A stretch of DNA of 64,000 bases from Leptospira sp. (GTDB taxonomy: Bacteria; Spirochaetota; Leptospiria; Leptospirales; Leptospiraceae). Where the stretch lies: NCBI GenBank assembly GCA_034439575.1, contig JAWXAQ010000030.1, positions 64,001 through 128,000 on the forward strand, read 5' to 3'. The notes below the pieces were generated by a model, which searched no databases, was not told where the DNA came from, and saw nothing but the letters and a program-made list of their open reading frames with translations. Positions within the stretch are counted from its first letter, which is position 1, and every line of letters starts with the position of its first letter. Made by a program: the position numbers and the translations under genes. Below are positions 30,204-40,729 of the stretch, one piece after another.

Positions 30204-31730
30204 TTATTCTACTCTCATCGAAGGTTTGGTATAAGAATAAAGCCCGTGGACCGATCCTTGTGCCTGAGCGGATTCTGTTCGTCTTTCAAAACGAAGTTTG
30301 CCATGTCTTAATGCATTGTGAATTTCAGGAATACTTTTGTATCCCATATCTTGGAATGATTGTCTAAGCCCTTGGATCAAATAAGGAATCAAATTTAATA
30401 CGGAACCCTTATCGACGACATAGCCAGATACACCTTGCGCCACTTTGATTTTTTGAGATTCAGAAAAATATCGTTTATCTCCACCCTTATTCATTGCTTC
30501 CAAACTTGCCATTCCACGGTATCTCTTTAGACGTATTCCATTCTCATAAAAATACTCACCTGGTGCTTCTTTTGTGCCTGCAAACATAGAACCCATCATG
30601 CACATAGAAGCCCCGATCGCGAGGGCATTGGCAATATCACCGATATTGGAAATGCCCCCATCTGCAATGACAGGAACTCCGTGTTTTGACGCGTATTGTG
30701 CCGTTTTAAATACAGCCGTTGCCTGTGCCCGTCCCACAGCCATAGTATCTTGTGTGATACAAATGGAACCTGGTCCCATTCCGATTCGCAATCCATCGGC
30801 ACCTGCGGCAATTAAATTCGCGGCCTGCCCTTGTGTGACAACATTACCAGCGATCACATCTACATTCGGAAAATTTTTCTTTATGAACTGGATCATTTCG
30901 ATTTGATAAGATGAATTTCCTTGCGCGGAATCTATCGTAATCACATCCACACCTATACTCGATAAGGCGGCAATTCGTTCTCGGGATTCTGGAAGTGTGG
31001 ATAAAGCCGCACCGACTCTCAATTTTTTTGAGTCGTCTTTGGATGCTTGCGGGAATTCTTTATTTTTTTGTAAATCACTACGACATATTAGTGCAACTAG
31101 TCTACCTTGTTTATCAGTGATAGGGAGTTTGCCTTTTTTGCTAGTTCTTAAAATATCATTTGCTTCGCGTAAACTGATACCTTGTTCGGCGGTGATCAAT
31201 TCCTTCGTCATCACCTTACCAAGTTTAACCGAACGATCTTGTTCAAAGTCAACATCTCTATTGGTGACAATGCCCACTAACTTTGTATTTTGCGTCCCAT
31301 CTTCGGTAATAGGGATACCACTGAAACCATGTTTTTCTTTGATATCATCCAAATCAAAGATAGTGTGTTCCGGTGAAAGTAAAATTGGATCTTTGATAAA
31401 ACCATTTTCGTAACGTTTTACCTTTTTTACTAATTCAACTTGTTCTTCTAAGCTATTATTATAATGTATGATACCGATTCCACCCATCAGAGCCTGTGCA
31501 ATGGCCATATCGGACTCAGTCACTGTGTCCATAGGCGAACTCATCAAAGGTCTTTTGAGTGTGATATTTTTTGAAAGTTTGGTTTCGAGCTCTACGTCGC
31601 TCGGATTGAAATCGATATAACCAGGTAACACTAAAAAATCACGGTAGGTAAGCCCTAAATTGACCGAAAAAAGCTCATCTCCACTAACTCCGTCTAAGAG
31701 TTCAATCCCAAATGGGGTGTGATTTGACAT
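30204..31730 (-). CDS. guaB: IMP dehydrogenase (eukaryote-like sequence)
   Basis: [12 protein letters not shown] pair, [10 protein letters not shown] catalytic Cys, ADGGI, YRGMAS. Confidence 0.98.
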   Translation of the reverse strand: MSNHTPFGIELLDGVSGDELFSVNLGLTYRDFLVLPGYIDFNPSDVELETKLSKNITLKRPLMSSPMDTVTESDMAIAQALMGGIGIIHYNNSLEEQVELVKKVKRYENGFIKDPILLSPEHTIFDLDDIKEKHGFSGIPITEDGTQNTKLVGIVTNRDVDFEQDRSVKLGKVMTKELITAEQGISLREANDILRTSKKGKLPITDKQGRLVALICRSDLQKNKEFPQASKDDSKKLRVGAALSTLPESRERIAALSSIGVDVITIDSAQGNSSYQIEMIQFIKKNFPNVDVIAGNVVTQGQAANLIAAGADGLRIGMGPGSICITQDTMAVGRAQATAVFKTAQYASKHGVPVIADGGISNIGDIANALAIGASMCMMGSMFAGTKEAPGEYFYENGIRLKRYRGMASLEAMNKGGDKRYFSESQKIKVAQGVSGYVVDKGSVLNLIPYLIQGLRQSFQDMGYKSIPEIHNALRHGKLRFERRTESAQAQGSVHGLYSYTKPSMRVE

Positions 31731-31833
31731 AATTAACCTTCCTTTTTCTACTTTAAGTAAGAAAAGTATGGATGCAAGAGAATTTCCACCTTCCAGACGT
31801 CGATAATGTAATGAAAACCACGGTCTCTTTAGA

Positions 31834-32988
31834 ATGGAAACGATAGAGCGAACAAAACGATCCTTAGATGTTTTTTCTGATAAAGAAAAAAAACTGCACG
31901 TCCTTACAAAATTCCTTTTGAATCAGGAATTGAACATAAAGGATTCATATCCTCCTGGCGATGTATGTGTCTTAAAAAAAGTCTCGGGTGATGGAAGTAA
32001 AATCCAAGTCAGCTCAAGACCCACGACTACCTTTGCTGTTGGTCAAAAACTAACTCTCTATAAAATTCTTGGTCGTTATCTTCACTTAGAATGCACTGTC
32101 GAACAAGAGAAAGGTGAATCCCAATATATACTCACTTTGAATAAAATCGCCATTGCGAAAAAAGATCGAGATAGCCAAAGGGTATTTCTCCAACCAGGCC
32201 AAGCTTGGATTACAAACATCATTTCTTCTAAAGCAAAAATTGAAACTGATATGTTTCATATTCCGACCGCGGTCAAAGTCAATTTCCAAGACTATGAAAC
32301 AAAACTAAAAGACAAATGTGATTTTATAAAAATTTCTACTTTTTCAAGCAATGATGAAGAAAAAGTTCGCACTGTGAAAAAAACGAAAAAAAATCTTTTG
32401 ATAGAAGATGCGCAAAACCCTGCAAGTTATCAAGTAGCACCTAACGAAGATTTCATTAATTTTGCCGAAGAAGTAGATGCAGAGATTCCAAAAGAAATCA
32501 ACCAATTTCGAAATCAAAAAATTGTTTCAGAATTAATTATCCCAATACTGTATCTTAATGATGAGGATGAATCCATCCCTATCGGTTACATTCAAATGCA
32601 AAGCAAATCAGAAAAATTTGATATGATTCGCGCTATGGAAACAAAAACCATTGCCTTTGAAATGGTGGATAGAATTCGAAATTCAAATATGATAAAATCA
32701 GATGGCAAATATCCCGTTTTGGATATTTCAGAAGGCGGTCTAAAAGTAAAAATAGATCATCCTGATTTGATGTCCACCTTACCGAAGTTAAGTGGATTCC
32801 ATTTTGATATATTTTTCAAAATGCAGGCACCACTCACAGCCTTCGGGCAAATTAAATCCATTCAAAAGGATGAGGAAGGCCATTTAACAGTGGGTCTAGC
32901 CCTTGCTGGTCATTCATCTAGGATTGGTGAGAAAAAAAGATTTTTAGAGAATGTAGATGCACTTCGAAAAAATACGCAGAAGGCTTAA
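31834..32988 (+). CDS. DUF1577-like protein with PilZ-type motifs (putative c-di-GMP effector)
   Basis: RDSQR (RxxxR) and DISEGGL ([D/N]xSxxG). Confidence 0.7.
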   Translation: METIERTKRSLDVFSDKEKKLHVLTKFLLNQELNIKDSYPPGDVCVLKKVSGDGSKIQVSSRPTTTFAVGQKLTLYKILGRYLHLECTVEQEKGESQYILTLNKIAIAKKDRDSQRVFLQPGQAWITNIISSKAKIETDMFHIPTAVKVNFQDYETKLKDKCDFIKISTFSSNDEEKVRTVKKTKKNLLIEDAQNPASYQVAPNEDFINFAEEVDAEIPKEINQFRNQKIVSELIIPILYLNDEDESIPIGYIQMQSKSEKFDMIRAMETKTIAFEMVDRIRNSNMIKSDGKYPVLDISEGGLKVKIDHPDLMSTLPKLSGFHFDIFFKMQAPLTAFGQIKSIQKDEEGHLTVGLALAGHSSRIGEKKRFLENVDALRKNTQKA

Positions 32989-34919
32989 ACTTCTCCGTAA
33001 CCTAAGACTTCGATAGACCATCTTTTTTCTAAATATCTTTCACCAAAAGATATCGCTTCAGGATCAATATTTTCCTTCATACTTTTCCAAAGACTTTCAG
33101 ACACTTCTCTATCCTGAAACCAAACCAAAGGCATATCTATCCCAATCTGATTTAAATTATCTGGTAGTGAAGATTTATCCATTTCCAGATAGAAAAAGAT
33201 ATTTTCATTTTTCTCCATGTTAGAAATCCATAATTTAGGTAAATCTGCATCCTTTTTGCATATAACAATGATTCGACGCTGCATATTTTCATTTCTATGG
33301 GCGAGTACTCTTGATAAATAACTTTGGGGAGCCTCATCTATTATTTTTTGAACTTTCTGAATGATAGCATCTGAGATCATAGTTTCTGTATAAAAAACAA
33401 AATCCATGGTGCAATAAGGATCAATGCCAATTCGTTTTTCTATACACATCTGCATTAGATTTAAATCCTTTGCCCAATCTTTTGATTCAAACCAAATCGC
33501 TTGGTGACGGCTACCTGGTTGTGAAATAACCTTTTGTATTTGATCTGGATTTAAATTTGAAAAATTGATATGAAAGTGATCATTAATATCACTAGCACCA
33601 TTACAAAGAAAGGGTCTCGGGAATTCGTCAACTCTACGATCTAACAAACTTTCCGCGAGCTCGAGTGTAGAGGAGATATCTTGTTCTGAAAAATCTGCTG
33701 TGGAAATGATACGATATGGGGGGCTTTGTAAAAAAATTAGTCCTTCCTTTTTGGCATCACGCCTCATCGCCGTTCCAGGCAAAACTGACAATGGAAATAC
33801 TTGCACCCATTCTTCCAGTCCATGTTCTAAAAAAAAATGTATTCCTCTTTCTACATCACTCGGTTTGTCTCCAGGCAATCCTATAATAAGGTCTAACAAA
33901 AGTTCTATCCCTTCTCCGACTAACATCTTCGAAACTTCGGCTACCTTTTCTGGATCCCCATATCTTTTTACACGTTTTAATGTTTCCGGATTTATGGATT
34001 GCATACCAAGTTCAATGCGATTGAATCCAGCTTTCGCCAATTTTTTGGCAATTTTTGATGTCACACCTTCTGACCGAAGTTCGGCGAACATAGACATCTG
34101 GTGGTCAGAATTTACTTCCGCGATAGCATCCAAAAAATTTTCGAATCCAGGACGATGGTTAAACGTAGGGTCTAAAAAAACTAATTCCCGAGCCCCACTC
34201 TCTTTCAAATGGCTGATTAGTTTTACTGTTTCATCAATATTTAAAGTTCTTAAATTTTGTGATGACTTGGGATAAAAACAATACGTACATTGAGATTTGC
34301 AGCCGCGCACAGTTTCTAGATAGGTGGATCTAGCACCATCCACAGAAAGAAATCCCGATGTATATGGGGAAGGAAAATCAGTGAGTGGGAAATCTGCCGA
34401 GACGTTATGTGTGAATTCGGACATTTTACCATTTGGCAATCTATAAGAAATATTTTCTACAGATGATAGTGGGGATTTTTCCACTAAGGATTTCATTAAC
34501 TTCCCAAAACTATGTTCTGCTTCCCCACTAACAGCGATATCATAGCCTAATTGTTCCATTAAAAATGGATTGTCAGCATTTACCTCGGGCCCGCCAATAA
34601 GTATAGTAATATCACTTTTTTGTTTTTTGAGTTCTCTCGCTAAATGAAGACTTCTTTCGGTATTCCAAAGATATAGTGAAAATCCGACATAGTCTGGATT
34701 TGATTCTAATAAAAAGTCAACAAGCTCCGTATCACCCATGTTATCCGTAATTTCTGGAGCGACAGATGTGGCGGTTAAATTTTTTATAGGTGTTTCTTTA
34801 TAGGAAAGACTTGATGCCAGGCTCGCCGCGGCGAGAGGAACATTTCCAGTCGCCGCATAATATGATGGAGGTGGCACAGGTAATTGTAATAATTGAATGA
34901 TTGCCAAGATTGTCTCCAA
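32985..34919 (-). CDS. B12-binding-domain radical SAM protein
   Basis: VGFSLYLWN...ILIGGPEV cobalamin domain; RGCKSQCTYC; DLIIGLPGD. Confidence 0.9.
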   Translation of the reverse strand: METILAIIQLLQLPVPPPSYYAATGNVPLAAASLASSLSYKETPIKNLTATSVAPEITDNMGDTELVDFLLESNPDYVGFSLYLWNTERSLHLARELKKQKSDITILIGGPEVNADNPFLMEQLGYDIAVSGEAEHSFGKLMKSLVEKSPLSSVENISYRLPNGKMSEFTHNVSADFPLTDFPSPYTSGFLSVDGARSTYLETVRGCKSQCTYCFYPKSSQNLRTLNIDETVKLISHLKESGARELVFLDPTFNHRPGFENFLDAIAEVNSDHQMSMFAELRSEGVTSKIAKKLAKAGFNRIELGMQSINPETLKRVKRYGDPEKVAEVSKMLVGEGIELLLDLIIGLPGDKPSDVERGIHFFLEHGLEEWVQVFPLSVLPGTAMRRDAKKEGLIFLQSPPYRIISTADFSEQDISSTLELAESLLDRRVDEFPRPFLCNGASDINDHFHINFSNLNPDQIQKVISQPGSRHQAIWFESKDWAKDLNLMQMCIEKRIGIDPYCTMDFVFYTETMISDAIIQKVQKIIDEAPQSYLSRVLAHRNENMQRRIIVICKKDADLPKLWISNMEKNENIFFYLEMDKSSLPDNLNQIGIDMPLVWFQDREVSESLWKSMKENIDPEAISFGERYLEKRWSIEVLGYGEV

Positions 34920-34961
34920 TCACCATAGGAAAACAAGATTCTATAATAGCAAAAACTTTCC

Positions 34962-36257
34962 CTACCGCGAAAGGACGATATCAATAAAGAGTATCAGATT
35001 ATCACCAAAATCCCGCGAAAAAGTTCGAAGCATCACATTTTCCGAAATATCGTGATACACAGGTGATATCGCCCAAGAATCTTTACTGGTTCTTGATTTG
35101 TGGATATGCTCAAAAAAATAAGGGCGCCATGACCAATTTTTGCCTAAATAAGAATAATCTGCGATTAATCCTTTTTTTGGATCTTGTGAATAGTTGGGTG
35201 AAATTTGAAAACCAAATGGATTTGTAATGTACATTCGAAAGAAATCTGAATCTTTTGAGATCTCAGACTGTCCTTTCAAATCCCATTCCCAAACTCCATC
35301 ATGCGAATCAAAACCCAGGGTAATATTTGATAACTTTGCTTTCCACCTTTCTTCCCAAATGATTTGGGATTCCATTTCTTCATTCTTTCTACCGTGGAAA
35401 TAATCTAAGGCATGACTCATCTCTTTTCTAAATCCAAATCTTTTTGCGAAGTCACGTTCTGGTTTGGCAAAATGATATCCTTGGATGTATCTTGCCCCAT
35501 AGTTTAGTGCATTATATAATTCATCATTTGATTCTATACCTTCAAAAAGTAGAGAACTTCCCAAGGATTCACCTAGTCTTGATAAGTTGAGTAGTATTTC
35601 TTTAAAATTTCTAGAGAATGTAGAACGACGTAACATTTGTAAGTCGACTTTTATAATTTCAGGATGATACAATCCAATTCTATCTAAATTCGATGCCTCA
35701 GATCCAGCATCATCAACCGCAATACTAAATCCTTCACTTCGATATAAATTCAGTATAGGTTTTAGAATTTCCAGATTTTGCTCAAACCTTTCTTCGGTGA
35801 TTTCTATCACTATCCTAGTAGGATCAATTTCTAGTTCCCTCACCTTTTGAATAGTAAACGGAAGTTTGGCGGGAAAACTTTGCAATAAATCAAACATTAA
35901 ATGAGGAGATACGTTTATAAATAATTTTGTCTCGGGCGGTGCCTCTTCTTTGAATTTTTTAAGTGCCTGGTATCGAATTTCACGATCCACTTTTTTTTTG
36001 AGTCGAAAGAGATCACTTGTTTTGTGAAAGTTAAGTTTTGAACCTCTTGCTTCATCAATGGCAAGAAAGAATGGCCCAAGGCTTAATAGTTCAGTTGTTG
36101 TCTCGAGTCGCCCAAGAACTTCGTAGCCAAAGACACCAGTGGATTCAGAAGACAATATAGGTTGAAATACAGGAACCAGTGTTCCCTTGCTTAACCAGGT
36201 CTCCCATTCATCAGTTTGTCTTAAATCTCTCTCTTGCAGAACCATTTTACTACTCAC
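34962..36257 (-). CDS. EAL-domain c-di-GMP phosphodiesterase-like protein with YkuI-type C-terminal domain
   Basis: FQPI, YEVLGR, FINVSP, IEITE, AVDDAG, IKVD, EGIE, QGY; C-terminal NWSWRPYF. Confidence 0.9.
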   Translation of the reverse strand: MSSKMVLQERDLRQTDEWETWLSKGTLVPVFQPILSSESTGVFGYEVLGRLETTTELLSLGPFFLAIDEARGSKLNFHKTSDLFRLKKKVDREIRYQALKKFKEEAPPETKLFINVSPHLMFDLLQSFPAKLPFTIQKVRELEIDPTRIVIEITEERFEQNLEILKPILNLYRSEGFSIAVDDAGSEASNLDRIGLYHPEIIKVDLQMLRRSTFSRNFKEILLNLSRLGESLGSSLLFEGIESNDELYNALNYGARYIQGYHFAKPERDFAKRFGFRKEMSHALDYFHGRKNEEMESQIIWEERWKAKLSNITLGFDSHDGVWEWDLKGQSEISKDSDFFRMYITNPFGFQISPNYSQDPKKGLIADYSYLGKNWSWRPYFFEHIHKSRTSKDSWAISPVYHDISENVMLRTFSRDFGDNLILFIDIVLSR

Positions 36258-36532
36258 AACCTTGCAAGAACGGTACCATTAAGCAAATTGTCCAAAAATA
36301 TAGCTAAATCATATACTAATATGAATGTAATGAAATCGATTACTTATAAAACGTACGCATTGTTCACAAAGATAGCATATCGTACCGATGATGAAATGAT
36401 TCATCAAAATAAGATAAACAGACCTAAATCGGCTAATGGGGGAAAGATTAATTGTGATTAGAGGATAACAATGGAGAGAGAAAAAATAAGCAAGACTCTA
36501 AAAAATCTCTAGAGCCTCACAATAAATAATTA

Positions 36533-36700
36533 TTATTTAATATCGCTTTGTCTTTGTTTTAAAGATTCGTCGAGTTTTGGTTTTTTAGAAGGTTTTGGCT
36601 CTTCCACTGGCGGAGGATTTTGTTTCACCTCATTGGACGAACAATTAACAAGTGTAATAGCAAAAATAGCCATGAGTATGGACAATGTAATTTTTTTCAT
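36533..36700 (-). CDS. 55-aa lipoprotein (missed by ORF track)
   Basis: MKKITLSILMAIFAITLVN-CSSNEVKQNPPPVEEPKPSKKPKLDESLKQRQSDIK*; AGGAG RBS upstream. Confidence 0.8.
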   Translation of the reverse strand: MKKITLSILMAIFAITLVNCSSNEVKQNPPPVEEPKPSKKPKLDESLKQRQSDIK

Positions 36701-36791
36701 TTTTGGCTCCTAATGCTAATTTTTTGCCGTGCATAAAAATGTCCACAAAAAAAGATGAATGAGCATTCAAAGTAAGGACACACAGAGATAA

Positions 36792-37391
36792 ATGGGCAAA
36801 TTTTTCGTATTTGAAGGGATAGATGGCTCGGGAAAGACAACTTTATCAAAACTTGTAGCTAATAAACTAGAAGCTCCACCGAACATAGAAATCATTTGGC
36901 ATAGAGAACCGACTGATGGCGCCTATGGAAAACAAATTAGAAATTTTTTGACAGGACGCATTACATTAACAAAGACAGAACAGATGGAACTATTTCTTAA
37001 AGATCGGCATCAATCCGTAACGGAAGTTATTCGACCAAATATCACAAAAGGAAATATCGTAATTCAAGATAGATATATTTATTCCACAGCCGCATACCAA
37101 GGTGGAAATGAATTTACTTGCGAAGAAATACTATTAAAAAACGAAGAACAAGGTTTTCCTAAACCAAATTTAGTTTTTTTTATAGATCTCACTCCAGAAG
37201 AAGCCCGCGAAAGAAGAGTCGCTCGTGGAGGAAAAAAAGAATATTTCGATGAAGACTCATCGCAAAATTTAATTTATCAAAATTATATGAAAATTTTACC
37301 AGCGAATACCGTATTCTTAGATGGTAATGCTAATTTGGAAGAACTAACAACGATTGTGTTGGAACAAATAATGTCGTACATTGTTGATTAA
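36792..37391 (+). CDS. tmk: Thymidylate kinase
   Basis: FEGIDGSGKTT P-loop, REP, DRYIYSTAAYQG. Confidence 0.95.
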   Translation: MGKFFVFEGIDGSGKTTLSKLVANKLEAPPNIEIIWHREPTDGAYGKQIRNFLTGRITLTKTEQMELFLKDRHQSVTEVIRPNITKGNIVIQDRYIYSTAAYQGGNEFTCEEILLKNEEQGFPKPNLVFFIDLTPEEARERRVARGGKKEYFDEDSSQNLIYQNYMKILPANTVFLDGNANLEELTTIVLEQIMSYIVD

Positions 37392-37495
37392 TTGTTAAAC
37401 GACATGAACAGAGCATAATTTAAACCAAAAAGTTTAAAAATTTATTTATTTACTTAAAAAAAATAAATTAGGAAATATGAAATAATAATAATATT

Positions 37496-37906
37496 ATGAA
37501 ACAAAAACCAAATTTTGATCATGCACTACAAGATTTTCTAAATTCAATTTCTAATCGCAATATTGAAACATACAAAAAGTATATAACGAATGAAAAAGAA
37601 ATGTATACAATTGTCCAAAATGGACATGCATTTATAACTTCACTTGAATTAATTTCTATCCATGAAGAATGGTTCAAAGACCTTAAGTGGATTTGGGAAG
37701 GTAAAATTGTTCGAAAGGTTGTTGGAGAAGACATGTCATTTGCTCTAATAAAATATGATTATCAAATTACGAAGGAAGATCCTCCTTTCAGTAATTGGCT
37801 AACTTATGTATTTCGGTTAGAAAATAATGAGTGGCGAGTCATACATGATCATAATACCGCATTAGATTTCAAAGCATTTGCAAAATCAGCAGGCATTGAT
37901 ATCTAA
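37496..37906 (+). CDS. NTF2/SnoaL-fold protein
   Basis: LTYVFRLENNEWRVIHDHNT C-terminal motif. Confidence 0.8.
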   Translation: MKQKPNFDHALQDFLNSISNRNIETYKKYITNEKEMYTIVQNGHAFITSLELISIHEEWFKDLKWIWEGKIVRKVVGEDMSFALIKYDYQITKEDPPFSNWLTYVFRLENNEWRVIHDHNTALDFKAFAKSAGIDI

Positions 37907-38077
37907 ATATTGTACAGTAATAGAATAATATTTATTATCGATTCATCACAAATACTTATTTTCTTATAACAATTACAAATAAACAAAAAAGAGTCCGTTA
38001 TTTCGAACAATAAAAATCTTAGCTATTATACACATAATGTAAAAATTAAGCTTTCATCAATTTATGCAAATGTTCAC

Positions 38078-38141
38078 GTCGTATAACTTCGGCCGACAGC
38101 TACGCAACACCTCTTACGCCCTCGTTTATAGGTATATGGCA
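38078..38141 (+). repeat. Degenerate attC-like element
   Basis: GTCGTATAAC...GGTATATGGCA, a GC-richer island in AT-rich DNA; its left end is complementary (9/10) to GTTAAACGAC at 37394-37403. Confidence 0.4.
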
Positions 38142-38219
38142 AATTGACTCCTGGTAGACTTCTTATCTTTTGGTTATAATTCAAAAAACAAGAATGAATA
38201 TTACTGGTATAATAACAAT

Positions 38220-38651
38220 ATGAATAGTAATTTTAAGTTATTACACAACATAAGCGAATTAGAGGGCACATGCTATATCGAATTTTTACCTGGAAAATAT
38301 ACAGGCAAGTGTTGGAATGAAAGTTCAATTTATATCAATGAAGAAACATTCTTAATATTTGAAGATTTATTTAAAGAGGTTTTAATAAACTACGACCATT
38401 ATTCTTTCAATGAAATGCCTGCATCCAAAGTTAGGTTACTTAAAGTAAAATTACATCAAAGAATCTCAATTCTAAAAAACCTTCAAAACAATTTATTGAA
38501 TGGAGAAACACTTTCTCTTCAAATTAATGAATTATTTACACAAAAATTTAAATCGAATCAAATTGAGATAATTCAAATGTTGGAGAATTTCTATGATTGG
38601 TTAAAAAAAATTGAAACTCAGAATATTCCACTTTCTATATTAGGAATTTAG
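38220..38651 (+). CDS. Hypothetical protein, very AT-rich
   Basis: 143-aa ORF with ATG start in accessory pocket. Confidence 0.7.
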   Translation: MNSNFKLLHNISELEGTCYIEFLPGKYTGKCWNESSIYINEETFLIFEDLFKEVLINYDHYSFNEMPASKVRLLKVKLHQRISILKNLQNNLLNGETLSLQINELFTQKFKSNQIEIIQMLENFYDWLKKIETQNIPLSILGI

Positions 38652-38993
38652 ATAGATCAGATTTGAATGAAAATGCCCCAAACAAATAAAATTGCATAAA
38701 TAAATAATTTTCATTCATCTAGTTAATTTTATAAAATAAGATCTTATATAAACAGATCGAAACTATTAAAAAGTATTACTAATTATTTAAATTTCAAATG
38801 TAAATTTTTAGTAATGGGTTAGTGAGTATAAATTGCATTTAAACTTGATGAATAAGCCAAAAATATTAAACTAGAAATTCTTTCAAATTGGCTATTCGAT
38901 GAAATTTCGAAAATACGTCATAATGATTCAAAAGTATAACTCTATTGATTCAATATAATATCAGAAATCCTTAATGGTAGAACTTGGTCTTAC

Positions 38994-39869
38994 CTAGTTC
39001 GTTACCTGAATCGCCATCATATCACCCTGGTTAGTATACTTTACGATTCTATCAAAAAAATATTTTTTGATTTTAAAGAAAGGATTAGCATTAGATTTAT
39101 TTGTCATTCCACTACCATACGTAATGGATTTTGGTGAATTAAAATCCAATTCTTTCAATAATTGGATCAGACCACTCAAACTATAATAATATAAGTGTTC
39201 TGGTACATTTAAATACCGCCAATCTAAACCCTTCCATTTGGCGAGGATTCCATAACGACAAGTAGAGAGGATAAGTGTACCGCCTGGATTCAAATGCTTT
39301 TTAATTTTTTGAAGTGTTTCTTTTGGTTTGTGTAGGTGTTCGATGGTCGCCCACATCGTGATCACATCATATTTATTTTTAAAATCCTGATCCCAAGCCA
39401 GAAAATCTTCTTTATGAATCTTTAACCCGAGTTTGTTCCGAGCAAATTCCACTGGTCCATCTGCGACTTCAATTCCTTCTGATTCATAACCTTTTGTGCG
39501 CATAAAATCAACAAAGTATCCAGCGGCACAACCAATATCCAGTGATCGAAGACTAACATGGTTTGAAAGACGATATTCTTTTTCCCATTTAAAAAATCCT
39601 AAGTCATTAAGATTTAATTGAAAAACTCGACTGATTTCACTTCGAATTTTATCTGAATAATAATTGTCATAACCTCTATCCGTTCTTTCTGTAAAATAGG
39701 AATTATTATAATACTTCAGCACCTCATTTAAGTTTGGTTGCGGATTCACTTGTACTAAACGGCATTTTTTACAGCGAACAATCTTAAACGATTCTCCAAG
39801 TGGACTAGCTTTTTCAAAAATAAAGTTAAATTGAGAGGAGCCACAAGTATTACAATTTACAATTTCCAT
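38994..39869 (-). CDS. Class I SAM-dependent methyltransferase with N-terminal CxxC...CxxC zinc ribbon
   Basis: CNTC/CKKC; LDIGCAAG; YDVITMWATIEHL; PEHLYYYS. Confidence 0.9.
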   Translation of the reverse strand: MEIVNCNTCGSSQFNFIFEKASPLGESFKIVRCKKCRLVQVNPQPNLNEVLKYYNNSYFTERTDRGYDNYYSDKIRSEISRVFQLNLNDLGFFKWEKEYRLSNHVSLRSLDIGCAAGYFVDFMRTKGYESEGIEVADGPVEFARNKLGLKIHKEDFLAWDQDFKNKYDVITMWATIEHLHKPKETLQKIKKHLNPGGTLILSTCRYGILAKWKGLDWRYLNVPEHLYYYSLSGLIQLLKELDFNSPKSITYGSGMTNKSNANPFFKIKKYFFDRIVKYTNQGDMMAIQVTN

Positions 39870-39892
39870 ATTTTTTTTATCGGTAATTATTT

Positions 39893-40729
39893 CTAAAATG
39901 ATTTGATTAATCTACGAATGATTAAAAAACAAAAAGACAATAAACACATAAAAAGTATGATCAAAGATGAAGTGGGAAAATAAATATCTTCTCCATGATA
40001 ATTGACACCAGTAAGACTCAGCAAAAATCCACCAGCTGTGCCAATGACTGAAAACAATACACATAAAATCGCAAGTATACGTGTTGATTTAACAATTGGC
40101 AATAGTGTAAAGACAGGAAGTAACATATGTGCAATGGAATAATAGGAACCTAAAATATTTACAGCCACAGTCACTGCGATGGATAGTATCATATAAAATA
40201 TGATATCAAAAATAATCGGATTTCCGATTTGGATTCTATATTCTTCCCTATCAAAACTCAAAAACAAAAATCTTCTAAATAATGCGATGTATAAAAACAA
40301 AGACAATAAGGCGAGCCATACACTGAGTGAATTGAGTTTCACTTGGGAAGTTAAGATATCTCCGAAATAAGAAGCCAACAAATGATTTTGGACATTCCCA
40401 CCTAATGCTAATAAAACTTGAGATAAGGATGCGAAAAAAACAAAAAGTATTCCAAGAACTACTTCTTCTTTCATGACTGTTGTTTTCCTTAATATGACTA
40501 AAGGAAAAATCAAAAGCATAGAAATCAATATAGGTGCGATTTCATTTTCCCATGACATAAATAGAGAAAAAGCTACCGAAAAACTAACTGCTTGTGATAA
40601 TGTAACACCAAAAAAAGTCATATTTCTTAATACAAGCAGTATCCCCAAAACACTCAAAAGTGCTCCGATGATACTACCGATTAAAATTTGGGGGAGAAAC
40701 AACTCCCAGTTATTTAATAAATCAATCAT
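39893..40729 (-). CDS. znuB: Zn/Mn ABC transporter permease (ZnuB-like)
   Basis: ABC-3 family pattern LLVLRNMTFFGVTLSQ...YFGDILT...LSFDRE; start moved to ATG 40729, overlapping the ATPase stop. Confidence 0.82.
   Translation of the reverse strand: MIDLLNNWELFLPQILIGSIIGALLSVLGILLVLRNMTFFGVTLSQAVSFSVAFSLFMSWENEIAPILISMLLIFPLVILRKTTVMKEEVVLGILFVFFASLSQVLLALGGNVQNHLLASYFGDILTSQVKLNSLSVWLALLSLFLYIALFRRFLFLSFDREEYRIQIGNPIIFDIIFYMILSIAVTVAVNILGSYYSIAHMLLPVFTLLPIVKSTRILAILCVLFSVIGTAGGFLLSLTGVNYHGEDIYFPTSSLIILFMCLLSFCFLIIRRLIKSF

Noticed and set aside
33700-34275. 191-aa antisense ORF inside the radical SAM gene (and similar ones inside carB, guaB and the cyclase)
   Set aside because: Typical antisense shadows of well-supported genes, with no motifs
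36234-36461. 75-aa ORF upstream of the EAL gene
   Set aside because: TTG start overlapping the EAL start, no RBS or features; probably promoter DNA
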